Below the pieces are notes generated by a model, which did no database searches, was not told the origin of the DNA, and saw only the letters and a list, made by a program, of their open reading frames with translations. Shown here piece by piece: positions 1 through 9,574 of a DNA stretch of 64,000 nt. Source of the DNA: Chamaesiphon sp. (GTDB lineage Bacteria; Cyanobacteriota; Cyanobacteriia; Cyanobacteriales; Chamaesiphonaceae). The stretch lies in contig CBDFFH010000029.1 in the NCBI GenBank assembly GCA_965246715.1, positions 1 through 64,000 of the forward strand, given 5' to 3'. Numbering within the stretch: the stretch's first letter is position 1; every line of letters starts with the position of its first letter. The position numbers and the translations under genes are program-made.

Positions 1-63
1 ACCGTGCGCCGGATCTTGGAAAAAGAAAATGTCATCGAGCAAATAGCTAGAAAATCAGCGTGA
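1..63 (+). CDS. rpsP: 30S ribosomal protein S16, 3' end (partial)
   Basis: Frame +1 reads TVRRILEKENVIEQIARKSA*, which resembles the cyanobacterial S16 C-terminus; it lies directly upstream of the KH-domain gene (conserved rpsP-khpA order). Confidence 0.8.
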   Translation, partial: TVRRILEKENVIEQIARKSA

Positions 64-509
64 TGGTTGATGCCGAAAGATCCAACTTGCCTGATTACGA
101 ACGATTAGTCAAATTTTTATTTCAACCGTTCTTGACTGCAACCGAAGCACTCGGTGTCGATTGTGAATACACGCTCGATCGCCATCGGGTGTGGATTCGG
201 GTGGCTGTTGCCAGCACCGACCAAGGTAGTGCCTTCGGTCGTGGGGGCAGAAATATCCAAGCAATTCGCCTGGTGCTCCAATCTGCTGCCACACTCGGCG
301 GTCAATCGATTCATTTAGATGTCTACGGTAGCAATTCCGGTCAGCGGGAGCGCGACGGCGATCGCGAAGCCTCAGATGACGATCGATCCAGCACCAGGAG
401 ATCGCCACCTGCGCCCAAACCCACTCGCAAACCGTCCAATGGTGAAGAGCGGTCTGCTGCGAGTGGTGGAGATAATCCCAGTCTGCCGCCACCACGTCCT
501 CGGCGCTAA
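63..509 (+). CDS. khpA: KH-domain RNA-binding protein (KhpA/YlqC family) with a low-complexity C-terminal tail
   Basis: DQGSAFGRGGRNIQAIR KH GxxG motif; follows rpsP with a TGATG overlap. Confidence 0.85.
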   Translation: MVDAERSNLPDYERLVKFLFQPFLTATEALGVDCEYTLDRHRVWIRVAVASTDQGSAFGRGGRNIQAIRLVLQSAATLGGQSIHLDVYGSNSGQRERDGDREASDDDRSSTRRSPPAPKPTRKPSNGEERSAASGGDNPSLPPPRPRR

Positions 510-522
510 TTAGCTACAAGCT

Positions 523-1767
523 TTAGCCCATCATCACCTGTTGAGTTGCCATCAATGCTGCTAAACCGATCGCCCCGCGCTGCGAAACGCGATCGTTGGA
601 CATCCCCAACCAAATGCGATCGGTACCCCGCTGATGGCGGTAAAAACGTGGCGAAGTATTGATATAGACACTGGCACTATTGACCCCAGCAACGAATTGT
701 TGAGTTTCGAGATAAGAATCCGTCACGATACAATCGGCATGTCCGCTACTAAACCTGTCGATCGTCGCCACCGCTTCATCGACACTTTCGACTAGTCTGA
801 ACGCAATAACTTTCCGTAAATACGGATGCTGCCATTCCCCATCTTGGGCGAGCCGCAAATATTCCCCATAATTAGATATCAACTCGCGATCGCCTCGCAG
901 TTGAAAGCCTTTGTCCTTGAGATTTTTCCATAATAACGTCAGCGAAGCGGGTTGCCGATCGACATGAATCAACACCTTCTCGATCGCATTGACCGCATCT
1001 GGCTCGCCGACATGACTATCGCAGATCGCATGGCGGACGAGATCTAAATCCCCATTCGCCCCCCAATATAAATAACAATTGCCGATCGCCGCAGGCAACA
1101 ACGATACTGTCGCTTGCTGAGCTACTTGGTGAATTGAAGTCGGTCTACCATAGGCGATGGCTAAATTAACCTGCTTGGTCTGCGTCAATAGGCCGTATAA
1201 CAGACTTGGATTGGGATCGACGAGCTGGACTGCATCTGGTGGCAGATCGATCCGTTCTAAGCCCGATCGGAGGGCACTGGCAATCGCCAGATTGCTATGT
1301 CGAGCTTCAGCCCCACCCCGCAACAGCAGACTATTTCCAGTTTTAATACACATCCCCGCCATGAGTGTTGCCAACTCTGGCAGCGCTTCATACAAAAAAG
1401 CGATCGTGCCTAATGGTTTGACTTGACTGTAACTATGGCGATCGCTAGTCTGCGAACCGAGATCGCTACTCCCATACATCGATGATAATTGGCCCAGCCG
1501 AGCTAACAGATCGATATAGCGTTGGAGACGCTCGGGTGTGAGCTTCAACCAATCGAGGAGCAAATCGGAGATTTCTAATTCCCTACTTGCTTCCAAGTCG
1601 AGGGTATTAGCTTCGAGAATATCTTGGAAAGCCGCTCTCAGAGATGTTACCATCGATTCGATCGCGCGTTCGCGCTGCTTGCTGCTACTAAGAGCGAGAT
1701 GTCGTCCAGCTCCAACAGACTGGTTTAAGACGCTAGCTAAGCTGGGGGTGTCACTCGCATTTTCCAT
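523..1767 (-). CDS. proA: Glutamate-5-semialdehyde dehydrogenase-like protein (ProA paralog)
   Basis: ILEANTLDLE, LDWLKLTPERL, KTGNSLLLRGGAEARHSN and HADCIVT motifs; the catalytic Cys appears replaced. Confidence 0.8.
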   Translation of the reverse strand: MENASDTPSLASVLNQSVGAGRHLALSSSKQRERAIESMVTSLRAAFQDILEANTLDLEASRELEISDLLLDWLKLTPERLQRYIDLLARLGQLSSMYGSSDLGSQTSDRHSYSQVKPLGTIAFLYEALPELATLMAGMCIKTGNSLLLRGGAEARHSNLAIASALRSGLERIDLPPDAVQLVDPNPSLLYGLLTQTKQVNLAIAYGRPTSIHQVAQQATVSLLPAAIGNCYLYWGANGDLDLVRHAICDSHVGEPDAVNAIEKVLIHVDRQPASLTLLWKNLKDKGFQLRGDRELISNYGEYLRLAQDGEWQHPYLRKVIAFRLVESVDEAVATIDRFSSGHADCIVTDSYLETQQFVAGVNSASVYINTSPRFYRHQRGTDRIWLGMSNDRVSQRGAIGLAALMATQQVMMG

Positions 1768-1777
1768 AGAGAGGTGC

Positions 1778-2218
1778 TTAACCTTGGCTAAATAACCAAA
1801 ACATGATGACGATAAGTAAAAAAATAGCTATCGCCATTGATGATACAAGATTAAGGAGCGGACTAGCAGCGATCGCGTGATAACACAGCCGCAAGATTAC
1901 TATCGAGAGGGCAATCAACCCCAAACTTTGCAGCCATGTCAACCGTTCGCGAGGCTGCCACAATGCCCACATGGTACTGCCAGGGAACGAACGCAGGCTC
2001 TGCCACCGCGTACCATTCCAGGCATATCTACGCTTGTAAGGATAGCTGACAGCTAATTCCTCGATCGTCAAGCCATCTGCTTGGACGACAAAAATGCGGC
2101 GACAACGTTCGCAGCCAAAGGCTTCAGTTAGGACGATCTGCTGAAGTTTGCCCTTGAGATGGCACGGACACGGATATTCTCGGTCTAAGTAAATCTTCTG
2201 GTGGGATTGAGTAGGCAC
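1778..2218 (-). CDS. Hypothetical membrane protein with an N-terminal Cys-rich (Zn-finger-like) motif
   Basis: YPCPCH...FGCERC plus two C-terminal hydrophobic helices; GTG start. Confidence 0.7.
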   Translation of the reverse strand: MPTQSHQKIYLDREYPCPCHLKGKLQQIVLTEAFGCERCRRIFVVQADGLTIEELAVSYPYKRRYAWNGTRWQSLRSFPGSTMWALWQPRERLTWLQSLGLIALSIVILRLCYHAIAASPLLNLVSSMAIAIFLLIVIMFWLFSQG

Positions 2219-2369
2219 GAGTGGTATGGCAATCTAGCACGATCGTTGGCATAAGCACAGGATCTGCCAACACGAAGCGGTTGCTTTCGCAACAGCCTCG
2301 CCGCTGGCGATACAAAACGAGAATCGGCACTAATCCCAAGCAAAAACTTAGGTTATTCTCATATCGTAC

Positions 2370-2397
2370 AAAAAAGTCTCCTAATTTTTAGGAGACT
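2370..2397 (-). terminator. Intrinsic terminator downstream of tRNA-Gly
   Basis: AGTCTCCTAA-ttt-TTAGGAGACT hairpin with a U-tract on the minus strand. Confidence 0.7.
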
Positions 2398-2432
2398 CTT
2401 CATTAACTCTTTTAGCATGAATCGTACTTTTA

Positions 2433-2504
2433 AGCGGGAGACGCGATTCGAACGCGCGACATCAACCTTGGCAAGGTTGCGCTCTACCACTGAGCTACAC
2501 CCGC
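2433..2504 (-). tRNA. tRNA-Gly(GCC)
   Basis: Reverse complement GCGGGTGTAGCTCAGTGGTAGAGCGCAACCTTGCCAAGGTTGATGTCGCGCGTTCGAATCGCGTCTCCCGCT forms a cloverleaf with anticodon GCC. Confidence 0.97.
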
Positions 2505-2532
2505 AGTTAATTGGTTTTTAACCACGAATCTT

Positions 2533-2561
2533 ATTATTGCAGAGATACTGTGGGTTGTCAA
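2533..2561 (-). promoter_or_regulatory. Sigma70-type promoter for tRNA-Gly
   Basis: TTGACA-17 nt-AATAAT on the minus strand, just upstream of the tRNA. Confidence 0.65.
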
Positions 2562-2699
2562 TACCCAGATATAGAATTTCTAGCTCGCACTCGATCGAGT
2601 CATGTCCGCCGATGTGAAAGCCGATCTGGATCGCCCCAAAAATAGCACCGATAATAGTTGTAGAGAGAGATTGGTTTTATTTGGCTCCATAAAGCAACG

Positions 2700-4544
2700 A
2701 TGAAGAGAAAGCACAAACTGGACTGGCAGGGATTGAGATTAGTTGCAAAAACGCTCCGCCAGTCGGTATCGGTATTTCGTTATAGTGGCAAGGCTTTAAA
2801 TCTGGTATGGACTACCAGCCACGCTTTGACGATCTCGCTAGCAGTATTGACGATCGGGAGTGGATTGTTGCCTGGGGCGATTGCCTATATCGGCAAATTA
2901 ATCGTCGATAGTGTGGTGTTGGCGGCGCGGAGCGGCTTGGAGATCGACAAACAATTGGCGTTGGAATATGTCGGACTAGAAGCGATCGCGATCGTCATGT
3001 TAACCGCTTGCCAGAAAGGGTTAATGGTGTGTCAATCGCTATTGCGAGTATTGCTGGCACAACGGGTAAACGAATCGATTCTCGAAAAAGCCCTAACTTT
3101 AGATCTAGCGCATTTTGAAGACTCAGAATTTTATGACAAGATGAGTCAGGCGCGATCGCAAGCCTCCAGCCGACCGTTATCACTAATTAATCGGACGTTT
3201 GGCTTGTGTCAATCAGCACTTACTTTAGTTACCTTTAGCGGGTTATTATTCCGATTTTCGGGTTGGGCGGTAGTGGTATTAGTAGTAGCAGCAATGCCCT
3301 CATTCATTGCCGAAACTCGATTTTCCGACCATGCCTTTCGCCTATTTCGCTGGCGATCGCCAGAAACTCGGCAACAACATTATTTAGAAACACTATTAGC
3401 TCGAGAAGATTACGCCAAAGAAGTCCAACTCTATCAACTCGGAGCGATGTTGTTAGAGCGTTACCGCAATATCTTTTTGCAACTCTATGAAGAAGATCGC
3501 AAGCTCACGATTAAGAAAGGCTGGTGGGGGTATTTGCTGGGATTGTTGAGTACGGTGGCTTTTTATGCGGCCTATGTATGGATGGTATTTGAGGCGATTG
3601 CGGGGAGAATTTCATTAGGTGAGTTGACGATGTATTTAGTCGTCTTCCGGCAGGGACAATCAACTTTTTCAGGGGCATTGACAGCGATCGGGGGAATGTA
3701 TGAGGATAATCTCTATCTTGCCAATCTTTATGAATTTCTGGAACAACCGATCCCACAATCTCAGGGGAAAATCACTCAAGGAATCGTCCCCAATGGGATT
3801 TGGCTCGAACATGTTTCATTTAGTTATCCTGGTAGCGATCGACCAGTTTTAAAAGATATTTCCTTACATTTACCACTCGGTGAAAAACTCGCGATCGTCG
3901 GTGAAAATGGTTCCGGAAAAACTACCCTTATTAAACTATTAACCAGACTGTATACACCCACTAGCGGTCGCATCTTTCTCGATGGCGTAGATTTAACCGA
4001 TTGGGATATCGATGTCTTAAGACGCAGAATCGGCGTGATTTTTCAGAACTTCGTTCAGTATCAATTTACCGTCGGTGAGAATGTTGGTGTCGGCGATGTG
4101 GCACATCTAGACGACCGCCAGGAATGGGAAACCGCCGCCGATAAAGGGATGGCAACACCCTTTATCGATTTGTTGCCTCAAGGTTTCGATACGCAGCTCG
4201 GTAAATGGTTTAAAGGCGGACAAGAACTATCGGGCGGACAATGGCAAAAGATCGCTTTATCGCGGGCTTTCATGCGATCGGATGCCGATATTCTGATCCT
4301 CGACGAGCCAACTGCGGCGATGGATGCCGAAGCGGAGATGAAAATCTTCGATCGGTTTCATGCGCTCACTCAAGATCGGATGGTAGTGCTGATCTCGCAT
4401 CGGTTTTCTACTGTGAGAATGGCCGATAAAATCGTCGTGATGGCAAATGGTGAAATTATCGAGCAAGGTAGCCACGAACAGTTATTAAATGCTGGCGGAC
4501 GCTATGCTCGTCTATTCAAGCTGCAAGCATCTGGTTATCAATAA
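2700..4544 (+). CDS. ABC transporter, fused permease/ATP-binding protein
   Basis: N-terminal TM domain; Walker A GENGSGKT, signature LSGGQWQ, Walker B ILILDEPT. Confidence 0.93.
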   Translation: MKRKHKLDWQGLRLVAKTLRQSVSVFRYSGKALNLVWTTSHALTISLAVLTIGSGLLPGAIAYIGKLIVDSVVLAARSGLEIDKQLALEYVGLEAIAIVMLTACQKGLMVCQSLLRVLLAQRVNESILEKALTLDLAHFEDSEFYDKMSQARSQASSRPLSLINRTFGLCQSALTLVTFSGLLFRFSGWAVVVLVVAAMPSFIAETRFSDHAFRLFRWRSPETRQQHYLETLLAREDYAKEVQLYQLGAMLLERYRNIFLQLYEEDRKLTIKKGWWGYLLGLLSTVAFYAAYVWMVFEAIAGRISLGELTMYLVVFRQGQSTFSGALTAIGGMYEDNLYLANLYEFLEQPIPQSQGKITQGIVPNGIWLEHVSFSYPGSDRPVLKDISLHLPLGEKLAIVGENGSGKTTLIKLLTRLYTPTSGRIFLDGVDLTDWDIDVLRRRIGVIFQNFVQYQFTVGENVGVGDVAHLDDRQEWETAADKGMATPFIDLLPQGFDTQLGKWFKGGQELSGGQWQKIALSRAFMRSDADILILDEPTAAMDAEAEMKIFDRFHALTQDRMVVLISHRFSTVRMADKIVVMANGEIIEQGSHEQLLNAGGRYARLFKLQASGYQ

Positions 4545-4569
4545 TGTCATATCTTGCACTAGTTTAAAT

Positions 4570-4615
4570 TAACGTGAGTCTCCAATGGGGCGCACCCCAT
4601 TGGAGACTCACGTTA
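4570..4615. repeat. Perfect 21-bp inverted repeat between convergent genes (likely bidirectional terminator; MITE-like ends)
   Basis: TAACGTGAGTCTCCAATGGGG-cgca-CCCCATTGGAGACTCACGTTA; overlaps the lysA stop codon. Confidence 0.85.
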
Positions 4616-5998
4616 CCGTACTAATCTTTCTGGTAATCGATCGAATCGCAATAGATCGTCATAACTTTCGCGTTGGATGATGATATTTGCTTCGCCGTTA
4701 TTAACTAATACCGCAGCCGGACGAGTAATGCGATTGTAGTTGGAAGACATGCTGTAGTTGTAAGCACCAGTAGCGGGGACAATCAAGATATCGCCAGGTG
4801 CAGTAGGGGCGATTTGGGCATCTTTAATTAAGATATCGCCCGATTCGCAGTGTTTTCCAGCGATGGTGACGGTTTCTGTCATTGGGGCAGACATTTTATT
4901 TGCCACCATCGCGCGATATTGGGACTGATAAGTAATCGGGCGGGGATTGTCGGACATCCCACCATCGATGCTGATGTAGGTGCGAATTCCTGGTACCGTT
5001 TTATTGCCGCCGATGGTGTAGGCGGTGACGCAGCTACTCCCGATCAGCGATCTGCCTGGCTCGGATAGCACGCGGGGATAGGCGACTCCATGTTCGTCAC
5101 AGGCGGTTTTGAGTGCTATGGCGACGTTTTTAACCCATTCGTCGATGCTTTGTGGATCGTCGGCTTCAGTATATTTAATCCCTAAACCACCACCGACATT
5201 GATTTCACTAATAGATAAGCCGTGGCTGAGGGCGAGTTTATAACATTCCACCATTACGCCTGCTAAATCTTTGTGCGGTTGTTGCTCGAAGATTTGGGAG
5301 CCGATGTGGGCGTGAACGCCGATACAAGTAATATCAGCCTGTTTGCTCAGCCAAGTGAAGACTTCATCGAGTTGATTGGGATCGAAACCAAATTTACTAT
5401 CTAAGTGTCCAGTGCGAATGTATTCATGGGTGTGGCACTCGATGCCTGGAGTGAGCCGAATCATCACCGAGACATTTTTACCTGCTTTACTCGCAAGTTC
5501 GGCAATATGTTCGAGTTCTAGCCAGTTGTCAGCAATGATTTTACAGTCTTTGGCAATTGCTAGATCCAATTCAGCAACAGATTTATTATTACCGTGAAAA
5601 TAGATATTTTCGGCACTTATTCCGGCTTTGAGTGCGGTGAGAATTTCGCCGCCAGATACCACATCGATCCCGAGTCCTTCGCTACCAGCGATCGCACATA
5701 CAGCCAGACAGCTCCACGCTTTGGACGCATATATTACTAGCGATTTCCCTGGATAATGTGTTTGCCACCCATCCCGATATTGTCGACAAGCAGTGCGCAC
5801 TGAGGCTTCGTCTAAGATATATAGCGGCGAACCAAACTGTCGGACTAATTCTGTAACATCACAACCACCGACTTCTAAGCAATCCTGGTCGTTAACTGTT
5901 GCTGTAAGCGGAAGAATGTGTTGATTTGGCGATGCGTCAGGAGTATGCGCGGGTAAGTACTGGCGGCTGGTGGGATGTGCGGCGGATGTCGATACCAT
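4613..5998 (-). CDS. lysA: Diaminopimelate decarboxylase
   Basis: YASKA PLP-lysine motif, HAHIGSQI, EPGRS, GKHCESGD, GAYNYSMSSNYN. Confidence 0.97.
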   Translation of the reverse strand: MVSTSAAHPTSRQYLPAHTPDASPNQHILPLTATVNDQDCLEVGGCDVTELVRQFGSPLYILDEASVRTACRQYRDGWQTHYPGKSLVIYASKAWSCLAVCAIAGSEGLGIDVVSGGEILTALKAGISAENIYFHGNNKSVAELDLAIAKDCKIIADNWLELEHIAELASKAGKNVSVMIRLTPGIECHTHEYIRTGHLDSKFGFDPNQLDEVFTWLSKQADITCIGVHAHIGSQIFEQQPHKDLAGVMVECYKLALSHGLSISEINVGGGLGIKYTEADDPQSIDEWVKNVAIALKTACDEHGVAYPRVLSEPGRSLIGSSCVTAYTIGGNKTVPGIRTYISIDGGMSDNPRPITYQSQYRAMVANKMSAPMTETVTIAGKHCESGDILIKDAQIAPTAPGDILIVPATGAYNYSMSSNYNRITRPAAVLVNNGEANIIIQRESYDDLLRFDRLPERLVR

Positions 5999-6197
5999 TG
6001 GATTGTGTCGGCTAGAATCTGAAACTATTCAATAATCATAACCTTTCAAATGTTGCGACGCGAAAAGCAGATCTGGTACTCGTACATTATCACTCGATCG
6101 AGGTGAGAACTATATTTGGGATCTTGGTGGGCGATCGACGATCGCTAACTAAAAATGTTTATGTTACACTCCAGCCGATTAGATATCTTTAGCTCGA

Positions 6198-8234
6198 CTA
6201 AAATCGTAGCTGGTTGGCAAAATAGTCCAACCATGACTGACTCAACTCTTGCAATTGTTGTCGTTCCCTTGTCCCAAGTCCCTGGGGGTCAAACCGATAG
6301 CAATGGTGCAGATCGAGAATCTGTTTTAGGGTCGAGTACTGGTACTCTGGGAGGTGGGGTTTGATGCGTAACAACCATTGCTGGAAAGACTCGCCAGATA
6401 AGCGATGCAAATTTAAGTTTTGTAATGCTCGATCGATCTCATAAAACTCTGAGTCTAGACCCGATCGAACGATCTGGACAGACTGTTGGGGAGCAATTGC
6501 CACCTGCGAAGATTCCGCACGGCGGACGCTACGCGAACGCGGCAATCGCCACCGGCGACCGAACCGCCAGAGCAAGAACAATCCCCCCAGGGCGATTGTC
6601 CATACCAGGATGGTTGTTCTGCCTGCAACTAGCTGTCCCAATCCTCTTGAGGCTAGAAAACTCAAGTACGACCACAGATCCGAGATCGTCTGGAACGGAG
6701 AAGCCATTGCCTCTTCCTGTGCCGCCCAATCCGGCGGTGTTGTGTCAAAAGATTGCCAATTCCCGTTAGTGTAAGCCATCACCCAAGCATGGGCATGTCG
6801 GCTCCGCACGACAAACTGCTGCTCTAACGGACTCCATTCACGGACAGAATAACCCACAACATATCGCGCTGGAATGCCTGCACCCCGCAGCAGTAAGGTG
6901 GTTGCTGTTGCAAAATACTCACAGTGCCCCGTCCGTTGTTCGAGCAGAAAGGCGGAAAGAGGTGTTGAATAGTTGCCCGATCCAGCCAGTTTGAGTGAAT
7001 AGCGGAAATTTTGGGTAAAGAAGTTCGATAGGCGATCGAGTACTCGATCGGCGGAAAGCTCCTGCACCTCTAGATTCTGAAGTGTCTTAGCGATCGCTGG
7101 TTGCTCTGATGCTGGGATTTGTAAATCTGCTGCGGTGGGTGGGGTGTCGATCGATTGTTGGGAGTTGAAGTGTGCTTGATAGGTGAGGGAATTCTCCTGT
7201 CCCCGCACCTTAACCGTACCATACTGATTCTGCATCATCTCCTCGACGTTCAGCCGATCGATTGCCGTTGTACCGTGGGGTAATCTCAAAATTGCTTTCC
7301 CACGATTGAGTTGGGATGAAATGGCGATCGAAGTCGATCTAGTCTGGCTTGCTCCCAACTGCCAGGTGCTGCCATCCGATCGGGGTAGCACGGTCGTAAA
7401 CTTTGACTTCAGTGCCAACCAGGATGCAGATTGATATTTGTTGTAGGTTGCTTCTCGCAGCAGTAACGGAAACTGTTGGCGATCGCCCACCACCCGCAAG
7501 ATAATTTCATTGGATTGCTTTAAATCGCTAATACTGCCAAGTTGCGTCTGCTTTTGGTAAGGATCGATGGATTCTCCAGTAAACCCACTTAACAACGGAG
7601 CCACCTGCTCTTCTAATTTCGCCTGAAGTTGATGGAGTTGAAGCTGTCCGCCAAACCCGATCGTTCCTGCCAGTACGAGCAAGCACAACCAGATCGCTGG
7701 ATTAGCCTGTCGCGGGCGCAATGTCCACAGCAACCATGCCACCAGAGCTACTGTGGTGCCGTAAAATACCAAACCATAGCGATTGGAGGCACTGGCTGCG
7801 ATGAGGCAAATCGCAAAGTAGAGATAGTAGATGTTCGGGGTTGCTTGTTTGTTCGCGATCGCCTTGGTGGCGCGCTTCGCGATCGGTCGAGATCGGCTGG
7901 AATCGGTCAACAACAGCGGTAACAGCGTCGAAAACCGATCGACATAGATTTGCCCGATGACTAGGGGCAAGCACAGGAACGGCAGCCATTGCAGCAGACT
8001 ATAGATGAACAGCGATCGATAGGCAATGAGCAGAAATACACTTGAACCAAGCACGAGGATGCCCCAGAGCTTGCCAATATCCTTGAGTTGGTGTAAAGAT
8101 AAATCCCACTGCGATCGGACAAACCGCCGTCCCTCCAATGCCAAGAGGACGATCGCCGCAAACCCCCACAAGCCTGTCTGAAATCCCCAAAAGCAAATTG
8201 CGAGGCTACATAAACTGGAAATTGAGGTGTTCAT
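6198..8234 (-). CDS. Membrane transglutaminase-like domain protein
   Basis: Multiple TM helices; GHCEYFA...HAHAWV...FDTTP Cys-His-Asp triad. Start set at ATG 8234 (ATGA overlap with the upstream stop). Confidence 0.9.
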   Translation of the reverse strand: MNTSISSLCSLAICFWGFQTGLWGFAAIVLLALEGRRFVRSQWDLSLHQLKDIGKLWGILVLGSSVFLLIAYRSLFIYSLLQWLPFLCLPLVIGQIYVDRFSTLLPLLLTDSSRSRPIAKRATKAIANKQATPNIYYLYFAICLIAASASNRYGLVFYGTTVALVAWLLWTLRPRQANPAIWLCLLVLAGTIGFGGQLQLHQLQAKLEEQVAPLLSGFTGESIDPYQKQTQLGSISDLKQSNEIILRVVGDRQQFPLLLREATYNKYQSASWLALKSKFTTVLPRSDGSTWQLGASQTRSTSIAISSQLNRGKAILRLPHGTTAIDRLNVEEMMQNQYGTVKVRGQENSLTYQAHFNSQQSIDTPPTAADLQIPASEQPAIAKTLQNLEVQELSADRVLDRLSNFFTQNFRYSLKLAGSGNYSTPLSAFLLEQRTGHCEYFATATTLLLRGAGIPARYVVGYSVREWSPLEQQFVVRSRHAHAWVMAYTNGNWQSFDTTPPDWAAQEEAMASPFQTISDLWSYLSFLASRGLGQLVAGRTTILVWTIALGGLFLLWRFGRRWRLPRSRSVRRAESSQVAIAPQQSVQIVRSGLDSEFYEIDRALQNLNLHRLSGESFQQWLLRIKPHLPEYQYSTLKQILDLHHCYRFDPQGLGTRERQQLQELSQSWLDYFANQLRF

Positions 8235-9571
8235 AACTGCATCAACCCTTCCTGAATTTGTCCTAGCTTGAGAATCTGAATCTGGCTCACATCCTGAGTC
8301 AGTTCCATCGACAAACTGCGTTCGCAAAGCGTCGCCTCTGGCGAATCACCCTGAATTACCAGTACAAGGGTTGGAATACCTAAACTTTGAAGGTATTGCA
8401 CCAAGGTTTTGCGCTCCTCATCCCAGTCTAAGAGGATGCAAATACAGCCACTCAACAGGGCGCAGCGGGATTGAATTACAGGCAAAAAGGAGGCAAAGGA
8501 TTTATCCTGACAGGGCACAACCGAGGCCAATAGTTCTAGCATCCGTTCCGTTTGTCCGAGTCCCCGCCCCGCCGTGAAGCAATAGGATTCCAATCCAACG
8601 AACATCATATCCAACAACGATTCCTGAGTCTGGATCTCACAGGCTAAAGAGCTAGCGATCGCTACCGCTTCTTCTAAGATTTCGCTCTGTGCGTCTGATT
8701 GAAAGGTATCCAGAATCAAAGCATGACGGACAAAGAATTCCTCCTGCTCTTCTTTAACCATCGGTTTGCCGACTTTTGCCCAACTCTTCCAATGAATTTT
8801 GCGGATCGGATCTCCCGATCGATATTCTCGCAGCGCACGGAATTCTTCGGCATCCCCCACCGAGGTAGCTACAGCAACTCCCCCAGATTGGTGGCGACGT
8901 GCGCCCGGAAGCTGAATCGGCGGCAAATGATAGCGTTTGGGCAAAATTAAGACTGCTTGCGGTAAAGCAAGCGCAAGACAAGCATTGAATAATCCCAGGG
9001 GATCTGGAGCGGTAACGCCGATGCCGCGAAATTGGAGTAATCCCCGCTGCAACGGGATGATTTCTCCCATTACTTCTGTTTCGCTCTGGGGCAGGAGGGT
9101 GGGAAGATCGAGGCTAGGCACGATCGCCCTGCGGCGGCGATCCATAATCCGCCGCCATTGTTGCCATTGGATCTGCCAAGGAGTTCGCCAGTTGAGAACG
9201 CTAAATTCTCGTAGATTTGGAAAAGGTTCGACTAGAGATTCATAGAACTTCAGTCCCCTCTGTCGTCGTGGAGACTGATTTTGAAAGATAATCCGATACC
9301 GCAACGGCATTCCAACTGTGCCAAAACGCGGGAGGATGCGCCTTGCATTCACGCGATAACGCTGGAAACGGCTGGCAGCGATCGCGATCCCCAACAAGGC
9401 ACCGAGCAAACAAAATACCTGGTAGGATAGACTTTGATTTGTATCCGCACCAACGATCGCCGCAAACAGGCAGCAGACCAGTACCCCCATTCCGCTGGGG
9501 GTAAATCGGCGGGTCAGCCACCTTTGCAGACTATAACTACCTCGCACAATCCGATAAATAACAGGATTCAT
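8231..9571 (-). CDS. DUF58 domain protein
   Basis: EFRALREYRSGDPIRKIHWKSWAK motif; located between MoxR and the transglutaminase. Confidence 0.9.
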   Translation of the reverse strand: MNPVIYRIVRGSYSLQRWLTRRFTPSGMGVLVCCLFAAIVGADTNQSLSYQVFCLLGALLGIAIAASRFQRYRVNARRILPRFGTVGMPLRYRIIFQNQSPRRQRGLKFYESLVEPFPNLREFSVLNWRTPWQIQWQQWRRIMDRRRRAIVPSLDLPTLLPQSETEVMGEIIPLQRGLLQFRGIGVTAPDPLGLFNACLALALPQAVLILPKRYHLPPIQLPGARRHQSGGVAVATSVGDAEEFRALREYRSGDPIRKIHWKSWAKVGKPMVKEEQEEFFVRHALILDTFQSDAQSEILEEAVAIASSLACEIQTQESLLDMMFVGLESYCFTAGRGLGQTERMLELLASVVPCQDKSFASFLPVIQSRCALLSGCICILLDWDEERKTLVQYLQSLGIPTLVLVIQGDSPEATLCERSLSMELTQDVSQIQILKLGQIQEGLMQL

Positions 9572-9574
9572 ACA

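Noticed and set aside
8235..8327. Longer start for the transglutaminase gene
   Set aside because: It overlaps the DUF58 gene; the ATGA-coupled start at 8234 is more plausible.
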